From: an uncultured Clostridia bacterium
GTDB taxonomy: Bacteria; Bacillota; Clostridia; Oscillospirales; QAKW01
Length of the DNA: 64,000 nucleotides
Direction of reading: 5' to 3'
Assembly (NCBI GenBank): GCA_944387895.1
Contig: CALXGQ010000009.1
Coordinates: forward strand, 16,329 to 80,328
Part shown: one piece after another, positions 9,331-17,184 of the stretch
Position numbering within the stretch: position 1 is the first letter of the stretch
How the letters are laid out: each line of letters starts with the position of its first letter
Made by a program: the position numbers and the translations under genes
Notes under the pieces: generated by a model
What the model was told of the DNA's origin: nothing
The model's input: only the letters and a program-made list of their open reading frames with translations
Databases searched by the model: none

Positions 9331-10503
9331 TTATTCCTGCAAAGCTTTCGCTGCGGCTTGCAGCTGGGGATCGTCTTCATAGGTCAATTCATAGAAACGA
9401 TCCTCCTGATCGGTAGTCAGAGTAACCTCTGTATCGGGAGAAACGCCGATTCCATCGTAGTTTTCTCCATTCGGAGGATAGTAAAGATTGGTGGAAAGAT
9501 ACAGCGCGGTATCGTCGCCAAGGGGAATGATCTCCTGCGCCATGCCTTTTCCATAGGTGGTGGTTCCGATCAGCTCGCCGTATTCAAAATCACGAATCGC
9601 CGCTGCAAAAAGCTCTCCGCCGCTATAGGTGCTGCCGTCGATCAGAACAACGATCTCCTCCGTCATGCAGCTGTCATCGGAAGTATAAACGCTTTCCTCG
9701 CCCGCTTTGTCCCGAATGGTGCAAAGAGTGCCGGCGGGGAGAATATAATCCAGAATTTCCGTAACAGCGGTAAGGGAACCACCGGTATTATGTCGCATAT
9801 CGAAGATAAACTTTGTGGCGCCCTCGTCCCGCAGGCTCGCAATTGCTTCTTTGAAGTTTTCCGCCGTATTGCTGTCGAAATCGCTGATGGCAACATATCC
9901 GATCTCCGATTCCAGCAGCTCAAAATCAACGGTTTCTTCGGTATATTCCTTGACCGTTACTGTCAGCGTGATGGTTTGGGAATCCCGGATCAGCGTCAGC
10001 TTGATATCGGTGCCGACCTCGGCCTGGAGCTGGTTGGTGGCGTCGGTATAGCTCATTTCCGCAACATTTTTATCGTCGATCCTGGAAATGACGTCCCCGG
10101 CCTGAACGCCGGCGTCATCGCAGGGCGATCCGGACCGCACCCGGGTGATCTTCAGATATCCGGTGGAAGCGACATACTTTACGCTCGCGCCGATCCCGGA
10201 AAGCTTTCCGTCGGCCGCCTGCTTAAATTCCAGGTAACTGGTTTTATCCAGATATACACCGTAAGGATCGATCCCTTCAATATATCCGCTCAGAAGTGAA
10301 TCCATGGCCTCATCTTCGTCGAATTCGCCCACATAGCGGTTATTGATGACCTGATATACGCGGGTAAGCTTTTCAAACATCTCGCTTTTCCCCGTTGTAC
10401 GAACCACCATATGCGCCATATACATATAGGTGGCGATGCAGGAAACCAGCACAGCGGCGATCAAGAAAAAGATAACGGTTCCTAATTCAATTTTTTTCCT
10501 CAT
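9331..10503 (-). CDS. S41 family carboxyl-terminal processing protease (CtpA/CtpB-like)
   Basis: 390 aa with an N-terminal TM helix, a PDZ region (GVQAGDVISRIDD) and an S41 catalytic domain (NTGGSL ... GELIGTTTYGKG). Confidence 0.9.
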   Translation of the reverse strand: MRKKIELGTVIFFLIAAVLVSCIATYMYMAHMVVRTTGKSEMFEKLTRVYQVINNRYVGEFDEDEAMDSLLSGYIEGIDPYGVYLDKTSYLEFKQAADGKLSGIGASVKYVASTGYLKITRVRSGSPCDDAGVQAGDVISRIDDKNVAEMSYTDATNQLQAEVGTDIKLTLIRDSQTITLTVTVKEYTEETVDFELLESEIGYVAISDFDSNTAENFKEAIASLRDEGATKFIFDMRHNTGGSLTAVTEILDYILPAGTLCTIRDKAGEESVYTSDDSCMTEEIVVLIDGSTYSGGELFAAAIRDFEYGELIGTTTYGKGMAQEIIPLGDDTALYLSTNLYYPPNGENYDGIGVSPDTEVTLTTDQEDRFYELTYEDDPQLQAAAKALQE

Positions 10504-10521
10504 GCTATCACCTGCCAGATA

Positions 10522-11706
10522 TTACGCAAAGTAGAAATTATAATCAAAATATGAGAGCGGGTTCTGATACTCCCCGTTTTCGATGATCTCAAAATGAAGG
10601 TGGGGGCCGGTGGAATAGCCCGAGGAACCCACATAAGCGATCACGTCGCCCCGGGAAACGGTCTGCCCGACCGAAACATTGAGTCTGCTTGCGTGCCCAT
10701 AGAGGGTGCTGCACCCGCCGCCGTGATCGATAACAACATAATTTCCGTAAGCTCTGTTCACGCCGGCTTTCAGAACCGTTCCGCTGTTTGCGGCAAGGAT
10801 AGGCTTGCCGTTGATGCCGCTTCCTGCAATATCCACGCCGGTATGCAGTTTATAAACACCGGTGATCGGATGGGTGCGCATCCCGAAGGTATCGGTGATG
10901 GTATAGTACCCGGAAACCGGCCAGAGATATTCACCGCCGACAAAGGTATCGTCGGAGCTGCTGGCAAGGGCGGCCCGGATCTCTTCCTGAAGCTGAGCTT
11001 CCGCTGCTTCCGCCTCTTCGATCGCCTTCAGGTTTTCTTCCGACTGCTCGTTGAAAGAATCGATCAGAGCATCGCTGCGCGCCTGCTTTTTTTCCAGAGA
11101 TGCCACGTTGGCTTCCAGAGATTCCAGCGCTTCCGCCTGCTCGTTTTTCTTTTCCTCGATCGCTGCGGTTTCTTCCGCTATGGTCTGCCTTGTTTCGGTC
11201 AGGTTGTCGATCACCTCTTTATCGTAGCTCGCCATCTGGCGCACCAGTTCTACGCGGGTGACAAAATCATGCAGGGATTTTGAGCTGAGAATAATATTCA
11301 GATAGGAGGTTTCCCCCAGCTCATACATTGCGCGGATCCGCTGTTTGGCAAGCTCGGTATTTTCATCCAGCGACGCCTGGGCTTCGTCAAGTTTTTCCTG
11401 GCTTTCTTCCAGCTCGACGGAAAGCTGATCCACAATCTCATCCAGCAGCTCCGCTTCGCGGTTCAGCTCATTGATCTGCTGATCGATGATGGATTTTTCT
11501 TCCAAAACCTCGTCTTTCTGCCCGGCGATGGCTTCAAGCTCCTGCTCCAGCTTCTCCTTCTGCTCCAAAATCTCGTCCAGCTCGTTCTGCATATCCGAAA
11601 CGCTGGAATCGCCATAAGCCGTAAAACCGACCAGAACGGTTGCCAGCATCCCAAGAATCAGAAGGATTACCAGCCCCAAAGCGATAAACGCACGCCATTT
11701 TTTCAT
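10522..11706 (-). CDS. Coiled-coil M23/LytM family peptidoglycan endopeptidase (EnvC/PcsB-like FtsEX partner)
   Basis: 394 aa with a signal/TM segment, about 230 aa of E/Q/L-rich coiled coil, and a C-terminal M23 domain. The metal ligands are intact (HTGVD, GPHLHFE). Confidence 0.85.
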   Translation of the reverse strand: MKKWRAFIALGLVILLILGMLATVLVGFTAYGDSSVSDMQNELDEILEQKEKLEQELEAIAGQKDEVLEEKSIIDQQINELNREAELLDEIVDQLSVELEESQEKLDEAQASLDENTELAKQRIRAMYELGETSYLNIILSSKSLHDFVTRVELVRQMASYDKEVIDNLTETRQTIAEETAAIEEKKNEQAEALESLEANVASLEKKQARSDALIDSFNEQSEENLKAIEEAEAAEAQLQEEIRAALASSSDDTFVGGEYLWPVSGYYTITDTFGMRTHPITGVYKLHTGVDIAGSGINGKPILAANSGTVLKAGVNRAYGNYVVIDHGGGCSTLYGHASRLNVSVGQTVSRGDVIAYVGSSGYSTGPHLHFEIIENGEYQNPLSYFDYNFYFA

Positions 11707-11715
11707 ACGCTCACC

Positions 11716-12609
11716 TCAAACCTTCAAATACTTATTGATGGAAAATGCGCTGCCGACCAATCCGACCAGCAGGCCGATAGAACCAAAATACAGTATGATC
11801 ATCGGAGAAAGCTCCGAGAACGACAGCGTTGTGACAAAGCTCAATTCCGAAACCAGCGGCTGGAGGAGATAAACGTAAACAATCCATTGAACCGCAAAGG
11901 ACAGAATCGCTGCCGAAAGACCGATCAAAACGCCTTCCAGAATAAAGGGTGTCCGAATAAAGGCGTTGGTCGCCCCCACATATTTCATGATGTTGATTTC
12001 ATGGCGCCGGTTGAACATCGCCAGCTTGATGGTATTTGAAACGATGAACCAGGAAACGACAGCCAGAATGATCATGATCCAGAAGCCCAGAATATTCATG
12101 ACGTTTCTCAGGGAGAGCAGTAAATTGACCACCTCCTGAGAATCCGAAACATTGGCGATCTCTTCCATGGCGGCAATCTGCGCCGAAACCGCTTCAAATT
12201 CATCCAGATGATCCTCATTCACCTGGATCCGAAATTCGTTGCGCAGCGGGTTTTCATCCCCGTAAAACCAGGAAAGGTAGCTGGCGTCTTCCGAGAACTG
12301 CGACTGATATTCCGCCAGCGCTTCATCTTTGGTTACATACTCCACGCTCTCAACATACTGAATTCCTTCGATTTCTTCCTGCAGGGAGGCGAGGTGGCTC
12401 TCCTCCACCGCGTCGTCCACATAGGCGACAATTTCGTTGTTCTCGCCCAGTTTTTCCATAAAAGCGCCGATATTGGCTGAGCAGAGATAGGCGGAACCTA
12501 TGATCAGCATACAGGCCATTAAAACAAAAACCGAGGCAAAGGTCATCAGATAATTTTTACGGATACTTTTAAATGCAGATTTCAAAAAATACATGGTCGT
12601 CCACCTCAT
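11716..12609 (-). CDS. ftsX: Cell division ABC transporter permease-like protein FtsX
   Basis: 297 aa with TM1, a large extracellular loop and three TM helices. It sits downstream of ftsE with a 4-nt overlap. Confidence 0.9.
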   Translation of the reverse strand: MRWTTMYFLKSAFKSIRKNYLMTFASVFVLMACMLIIGSAYLCSANIGAFMEKLGENNEIVAYVDDAVEESHLASLQEEIEGIQYVESVEYVTKDEALAEYQSQFSEDASYLSWFYGDENPLRNEFRIQVNEDHLDEFEAVSAQIAAMEEIANVSDSQEVVNLLLSLRNVMNILGFWIMIILAVVSWFIVSNTIKLAMFNRRHEINIMKYVGATNAFIRTPFILEGVLIGLSAAILSFAVQWIVYVYLLQPLVSELSFVTTLSFSELSPMIILYFGSIGLLVGLVGSAFSINKYLKV

Positions 12610-13292
12610 TCTTCCTTTGCATAGTAGCCGCCGACCTGATCGCTAACGACCCGCCCTTTTTCGATATGAACAACCCGTTTGTTGAATTCGTTGACCAGCG
12701 TATTGTCGTGGGTAACGACGATCACCGTCGTCCCGTTCTGGTTGATCTGATTCAAAAGCTCCATCATCTCGCGCGCCATTTCCGGATCCACGTTGCCGGT
12801 AGGCTCATCCGCAATGATCAGGTGCGGGTTATTCACCAGCGCCCGGGCCATGGCAACGCGCTGCTGTTCGCCGCCGGAAAGCTCCGGCGGATAGTTTTTC
12901 GCCTTATGCCCCAGCCCGACGATCCCCAGAACATAGGGAACGCGCCTGCGGATGGTGCGCGGCGAACAACCGACGGCGCGCATGGCAAAGGCTACGTTAT
13001 CGAAAACTGTCATGGTATCGATGAGGCGAAAATCCTGAAAGACAACGCCCATGCTCCGGCGGAGCATCGGCACCTTCGAGGAGCGCATTTTTTTGATATC
13101 AAACTCCCCCACCTGCACGGTTCCGCCCGTTGGCACCTCTTCGTGCATCAGCAGCTTGATGATAGTGCTCTTTCCGGCGCCGCTTGGGCCGATGATAAAT
13201 ACAAATTCACCATCCTCTATTTTAAAGGTGACACCGTTGAGCGCATTGGTTCCGTTGTGATAGCTTTTATAAACGTCGTCAAATAAGATCAT
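12606..13292 (-). CDS. ftsE: Cell division ATP-binding protein FtsE
   Basis: 228 aa with Walker [10 protein letters not shown], the signature LSGGEQQR and Walker B IIADEPTG. Confidence 0.93.
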   Translation of the reverse strand: MILFDDVYKSYHNGTNALNGVTFKIEDGEFVFIIGPSGAGKSTIIKLLMHEEVPTGGTVQVGEFDIKKMRSSKVPMLRRSMGVVFQDFRLIDTMTVFDNVAFAMRAVGCSPRTIRRRVPYVLGIVGLGHKAKNYPPELSGGEQQRVAMARALVNNPHLIIADEPTGNVDPEMAREMMELLNQINQNGTTVIVVTHDNTLVNEFNKRVVHIEKGRVVSDQVGGYYAKEE

Positions 13293-13304
13293 GATATCTC
13301 CTAA

Positions 13305-14390
13305 TTAAAACTTGGTGGGATTCGCGGTAAGATACTTTTTGACCATCAGCGCAATCTTAAAGACGATCGCATGATCAAAACGCCTGAGATCCAGACCGGT
13401 CAGCTTGCGGATTTTTTCCAGACGGTACACCAGCGTATTGCGGTGAACAAACAGCTTTCTGGAGGTCTCGGAAACATTCAAATTGTTTTCAAAAAACTTC
13501 TGGATGGTAAAAAGGGTTTCATAATCCAGCGATTCGATAGAGCCTTTTTTAAAGACTTCGGAAAGGAATTTCTCGCAGAGGGTGGTCGGGAGCTGATAGA
13601 TCAGGCGCCCGATCCCCAGATTATCATAGGTCATGATAAATTTTTCCGTATCAAAGACCTTTCCAACCTCCAGAGCGATCTGCGCCTCGTTGAAAGACCG
13701 GGGCAAATCGCGGATATTATCCACGATCGTTCCGATCCCAACATAGGCTTTGATATAAAGCTCGCTGCTGACGATGTCAATAATGCTTTTCGCCAGTTTT
13801 TCCAGATCCTTATTATCGTTGAAGCTCTTTACTTCCTTAACGAGAACCAAATCGGTTTCGTTGATATTGATGATAAAATCCTTCTGGCGGTCGGGGAAAA
13901 GGCCCTGCAAAATATCATAGGCAGATACGTCGCTCTTATCCGAAAGACGAATCAGGATCGCCACCCGGAAGGCTTCCACCTCAAAACGGAGCTCCTTGGC
14001 TTTGATGAAAATGTCCCCGGGCAGGATATTATCAAGAATGACATTTTTAACAAAGTTGTTCTTATCGAATTTTTCATCATAGTATTGCTTGATGTTGGTC
14101 AGGGTAATGGCAATCAAATTGATATACTTGGCCGCAAGATCGTCGGTTCCCTCAACAAAGGCCACGCATTCCAGCCCGGAACGGGAATTCAGCGGTTTAT
14201 AGGTATAGCCGTCCTCAACAACGCTTTCCATCGTTGCCGAAATCGATGAAATCACATTTTCATGCACCTCGCCGATTTTTATCAGATCGCTACAGGAAAT
14301 GACGGTTCCGTTTTCATCAATGACGCCTACCGTGCGGTCAATGCTGTCCTTCAACTGATAGACAACACTCTGAAAAAAACGATTAGACAT
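13305..14390 (-). CDS. PucR/CdaR family transcriptional regulator
   Basis: 361 aa. The C-terminal PucR-type HTH reads SETSRKLFVHRNTLVYRLEKIRKLTGLD. Confidence 0.75.
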   Translation of the reverse strand: MSNRFFQSVVYQLKDSIDRTVGVIDENGTVISCSDLIKIGEVHENVISSISATMESVVEDGYTYKPLNSRSGLECVAFVEGTDDLAAKYINLIAITLTNIKQYYDEKFDKNNFVKNVILDNILPGDIFIKAKELRFEVEAFRVAILIRLSDKSDVSAYDILQGLFPDRQKDFIININETDLVLVKEVKSFNDNKDLEKLAKSIIDIVSSELYIKAYVGIGTIVDNIRDLPRSFNEAQIALEVGKVFDTEKFIMTYDNLGIGRLIYQLPTTLCEKFLSEVFKKGSIESLDYETLFTIQKFFENNLNVSETSRKLFVHRNTLVYRLEKIRKLTGLDLRRFDHAIVFKIALMVKKYLTANPTKF

Positions 14391-14436
14391 TTACACTTAT
14401 CCTCCTATATCTATTTTGACTACAATGCTATAAATA

Positions 14437-14465
14437 ATTTTACTACAAACGCCTATCTTTTTCAA
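14437..14465 (-). promoter_or_regulatory. Candidate SigA promoter for the PucR-family gene (TTGAAA-17-TAAAAT)
   Basis: Both hexamers were read on the minus strand, about 47 nt upstream of the start codon. Confidence 0.45.
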
Positions 14466-14599
14466 CAGTTTATTTAAAAATTTTTTGTTAACATTGCACA
14501 AGGCATCAAAAAATCAGACATCCAGTCCCCTTTTCATTGGTAAATGCTTCAAAAAAGTTGCCTGGCGGCTGTTGGTTTTCTTCGTCAAAATAGATAATG

Positions 14600-14626
14600 A
14601 AAAGCGCCCTGCATCAGCAGGGCGCC
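14600..14626 (-). terminator. Intrinsic terminator downstream of the sugar ABC ATPase
   Basis: A 9-bp GC-rich stem (gcgccctgc/gcagggcgc) has a 4-nt loop. It is followed by TTTTC on the minus strand. Confidence 0.7.
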
Positions 14627-14639
14627 CGTTTGGTTCTTT

Positions 14640-15749
14640 TCAGTTAACCAGAGTACGCTCGGTTTCGGGATCGAAAAGATGGCAATATTCAAGATCCAAA
14701 GCGGCCTTGATAACGTCATCGGCAGAGGCGGTGGATTTCGGCGAAACACGGGCGGTGAATTTATTGCCGTCAATGTCAAGATAGAGATAGGTTTCAGAAC
14801 CCATCAGCTCGGCTACCTCAACATTACAGGTAATGCAATAATCAGAAAGTTTGGCAAGATATTCTTCCTCATCGTGAACATGCTCGGGACGAATGCCCAT
14901 CACAACGGTCTGACCAACTTTTTCCTTAACGTCATCGTTGATTTTGGATTCAGGAAGCTTCAGGGAATTGCCGGCAAATTCGATATAATAACCGTCTTTC
15001 TTCTCCACAAGCTGCACCTTGACAAAGTTCATCTGGGGAGAACCGATAAATCCAGCAACAAACATATTGCAGGGATAGAGATACAGATTCTGCGGCGTAT
15101 CGACCTGCTGGATCAGACCGTCCTTCATAACCACGATTCTGGTCGCCATGGTCATAGCTTCGGTCTGGTCGTGGGTAACGTAAATAAAGGTGGTTTTCAG
15201 ATTATGGTGGATTTTGGAAAGCTCCGTTCTCATCTGAGCACGCAGCTTGGCGTCCAGGTTGGAAAGAGGCTCATCAAGAAGGAACACTTTCGGCTCACGA
15301 ACGATAGCGCGTCCCAGCGCAACACGCTGACGCTGACCACCGGAAAGCGCCTTGGGCTTACGATCAAGCAGATGGCTGATATCCAGGATTTTTGCCGCTT
15401 CCTCTACCCTTCTTTTGATTTCTTCCTTCGGCGTTTTTCTCAGTTTCAGACCAAAGGCCATGTTATCAAAACAGGTCATGTGCGGATACAGAGCATAGTT
15501 CTGGAACACCATAGCGATGTCTCTGTCCTTCGGTGCAACGTCGTTTACCAGCTTATCGCCGATAAACAGCTCGCCTTCCGTAATTTCTTCCAGACCGGCG
15601 ATCATTCTGAGGGTTGTTGATTTACCGCAGCCGGAAGGGCCAACGAGTACCAGAAACTCTTTATCCTCAATCTCCAGATTAAAATCGGAAACCGCGACTA
15701 CGCCGCCAGGATATCTTTTGTAAATGCCTTTCAATGACAAACTTGCCAT
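14640..15749 (-). CDS. Sugar ABC transporter ATP-binding protein, MsmX/MsmK/MalK/UgpC type (orphan)
   Basis: 369 aa with Walker A GPSGCGKST, the signature LSGGQRQR, Walker B LLDEPLS and a C-terminal MalK-like regulatory (TOBE) domain. No permease or binding-protein gene is adjacent. Confidence 0.9.
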   Translation of the reverse strand: MASLSLKGIYKRYPGGVVAVSDFNLEIEDKEFLVLVGPSGCGKSTTLRMIAGLEEITEGELFIGDKLVNDVAPKDRDIAMVFQNYALYPHMTCFDNMAFGLKLRKTPKEEIKRRVEEAAKILDISHLLDRKPKALSGGQRQRVALGRAIVREPKVFLLDEPLSNLDAKLRAQMRTELSKIHHNLKTTFIYVTHDQTEAMTMATRIVVMKDGLIQQVDTPQNLYLYPCNMFVAGFIGSPQMNFVKVQLVEKKDGYYIEFAGNSLKLPESKINDDVKEKVGQTVVMGIRPEHVHDEEEYLAKLSDYCITCNVEVAELMGSETYLYLDIDGNKFTARVSPKSTASADDVIKAALDLEYCHLFDPETERTLVN

Positions 15750-15932
15750 GCCGTTAAACCTCCTGATGAAGCATTTATTTTCATACGATAACTATACCAC
15801 AACAAAGTTTAAATTGATATACTTTTTTTAAACAAAATTACCGTCCTTAATTTGTTGATCCTGCACAAACATTTTGCCAGAAGATTAAGAAGAACGTGTT
15901 TTTTGGCAGAAATGCCAATGGTATATCATATA

Positions 15933-16628
15933 TTATTCCTTTTTTTCGAGGGAAATAATCTCGTCATTTGTTAAATATCTGCAAGCACCTTCCGGCAGAG
16001 CGGGATCCAGCGACAGCCCGTGGATCGATTGGCGATGAAGAGCCGTGACCTGATTGCCCAGCGCGGCGAACATCCGCTTGATCTGATGGTACTTTCCTTC
16101 CGAAATCCGCAGGATCCCGCGATTTGCAGAAAGGGGTTCAAAATATGCAGGCCTGCATCGCAGATCCTTGAGCGCCACGCCTCTTTGCAGCTCCAGAACA
16201 ACTTCCTCTGTAACAGGATCCCGCAGCGTGACAAGATATTCCTTGAAGAGATTGCTTTTCGGCGCAAGCAGACGATGAGCCAGCGGGCCGTTGTTGGTCA
16301 GCAGCACCAGACCGGTGGTATCCTTGTCCAGTCGCCCGCAGACAAAAAGGTCTTTTTTCCGGTATTCCGGAGGCAAAAGATCAAATACAGTCTTATCGCA
16401 TCTGTCGCTGTTCGCGCAGACGCAGCCGGCCGGCTTATGGAGCATGATATAGCAGTAGCGCTGGTAGCGAACCGGTTGTCCGTCCAAGGCCACCGCCGCT
16501 TCTTCAACGTGATGACCGCTGTCTTTTATGATTGTTCCGTTCACCGTCACCCGGCCGGAAGAAACGGCCTTTTTGGCGGCGGCGCGCGGAATATTTAATG
16601 CATCGCTCAAAAATTTATCTAATCTCAT
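15933..16628 (-). CDS. rRNA pseudouridine synthase, RsuA/RluB family
   Basis: 231 aa with an N-terminal S4 domain (MRLDKFLSD) and the catalytic motif GRLDKDTTGLVLLTN. Confidence 0.85.
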   Translation of the reverse strand: MRLDKFLSDALNIPRAAAKKAVSSGRVTVNGTIIKDSGHHVEEAAVALDGQPVRYQRYCYIMLHKPAGCVCANSDRCDKTVFDLLPPEYRKKDLFVCGRLDKDTTGLVLLTNNGPLAHRLLAPKSNLFKEYLVTLRDPVTEEVVLELQRGVALKDLRCRPAYFEPLSANRGILRISEGKYHQIKRMFAALGNQVTALHRQSIHGLSLDPALPEGACRYLTNDEIISLEKKE

Positions 16629-16663
16629 TTGTTGTTTGGCTGCGCCGTTGAAGGCGCAGCCGC

Positions 16664-17128
16664 CTATTCCTTTATCAATCCATGGGTAAAGCCGTCGAGA
16701 GCGGTAGAGGATATATCTCCGCCAACTGCTTTTCCGTTATACACCAGCAGATTGGCCACAATGCCCTCCGGCTGATCCGGGTAATTATTTACCTGATAAG
16801 TATATTTCTTTACTCTTCTGCCTTTATATTTGCTGAGGTCAAAACCGCTCAGTTTCTGATAATTATTATAGGTTTCATAATTCTCATCAAATTCGGAAGG
16901 AATGATGATCTCCTCGATCAGCATTGGCTCCGGATCCGCCTCATAGCCAAAGGACTGCAACAGCGCTACCTGCTCTTCCGTTGTTTTTGCCGAGGTGTCC
17001 ACCGCGTTTTTCAGCACATCTTCGGAATTTTTCGGCGTAAAGACAGCAACCGCCCCGATGGAAAGACACACCACCGCGCAAACGCCCCAAAGCAGATTGC
17101 GGTTCAGCTTAACAGACCATATAAACAT
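16664..17128 (-). CDS. Membrane-anchored hypothetical protein (DUF4830-like from memory)
   Basis: 154 aa with an N-terminal TM helix and an RBS (ggaagaggg). It is a coherent ORF between the EF-G paralog and rsuA. The family assignment is from memory only. Confidence 0.6.
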   Translation of the reverse strand: MFIWSVKLNRNLLWGVCAVVCLSIGAVAVFTPKNSEDVLKNAVDTSAKTTEEQVALLQSFGYEADPEPMLIEEIIIPSEFDENYETYNNYQKLSGFDLSKYKGRRVKKYTYQVNNYPDQPEGIVANLLVYNGKAVGGDISSTALDGFTHGLIKE

Positions 17129-17142
17129 CGATCATCCCTCTT

Positions 17143-17170
17143 CCATATAAATTTACAATAATTTATATGG
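17143..17170. repeat. Perfect 11-bp inverted repeat (ccatataaatt-N6-aatttatatgg)
   Basis: Read directly between the EF-G-paralog stop (17185) and the next start codon (17128). No T-run follows on the minus strand. Confidence 0.6.
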
Positions 17171-17184
17171 TCTGTTTGGATGCT

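Noticed and set aside
14485-14501. Rex-like palindrome TTGTTAACATTGCACAA upstream of the PucR-family gene.
   Set aside because: The half-sites resemble TTGTGAA/TTCACAA, but the spacer is 3 nt rather than 4 and the inner positions do not pair. The site lies upstream of the -35 of a gene with no obvious redox role.
15903-15918. Hairpin ttggca-gaaa-tgccaa after rsuA, considered as a terminator.
   Set aside because: The stem is only 6 bp, and on the rsuA (minus) strand it is followed by an A-run rather than a U-run.
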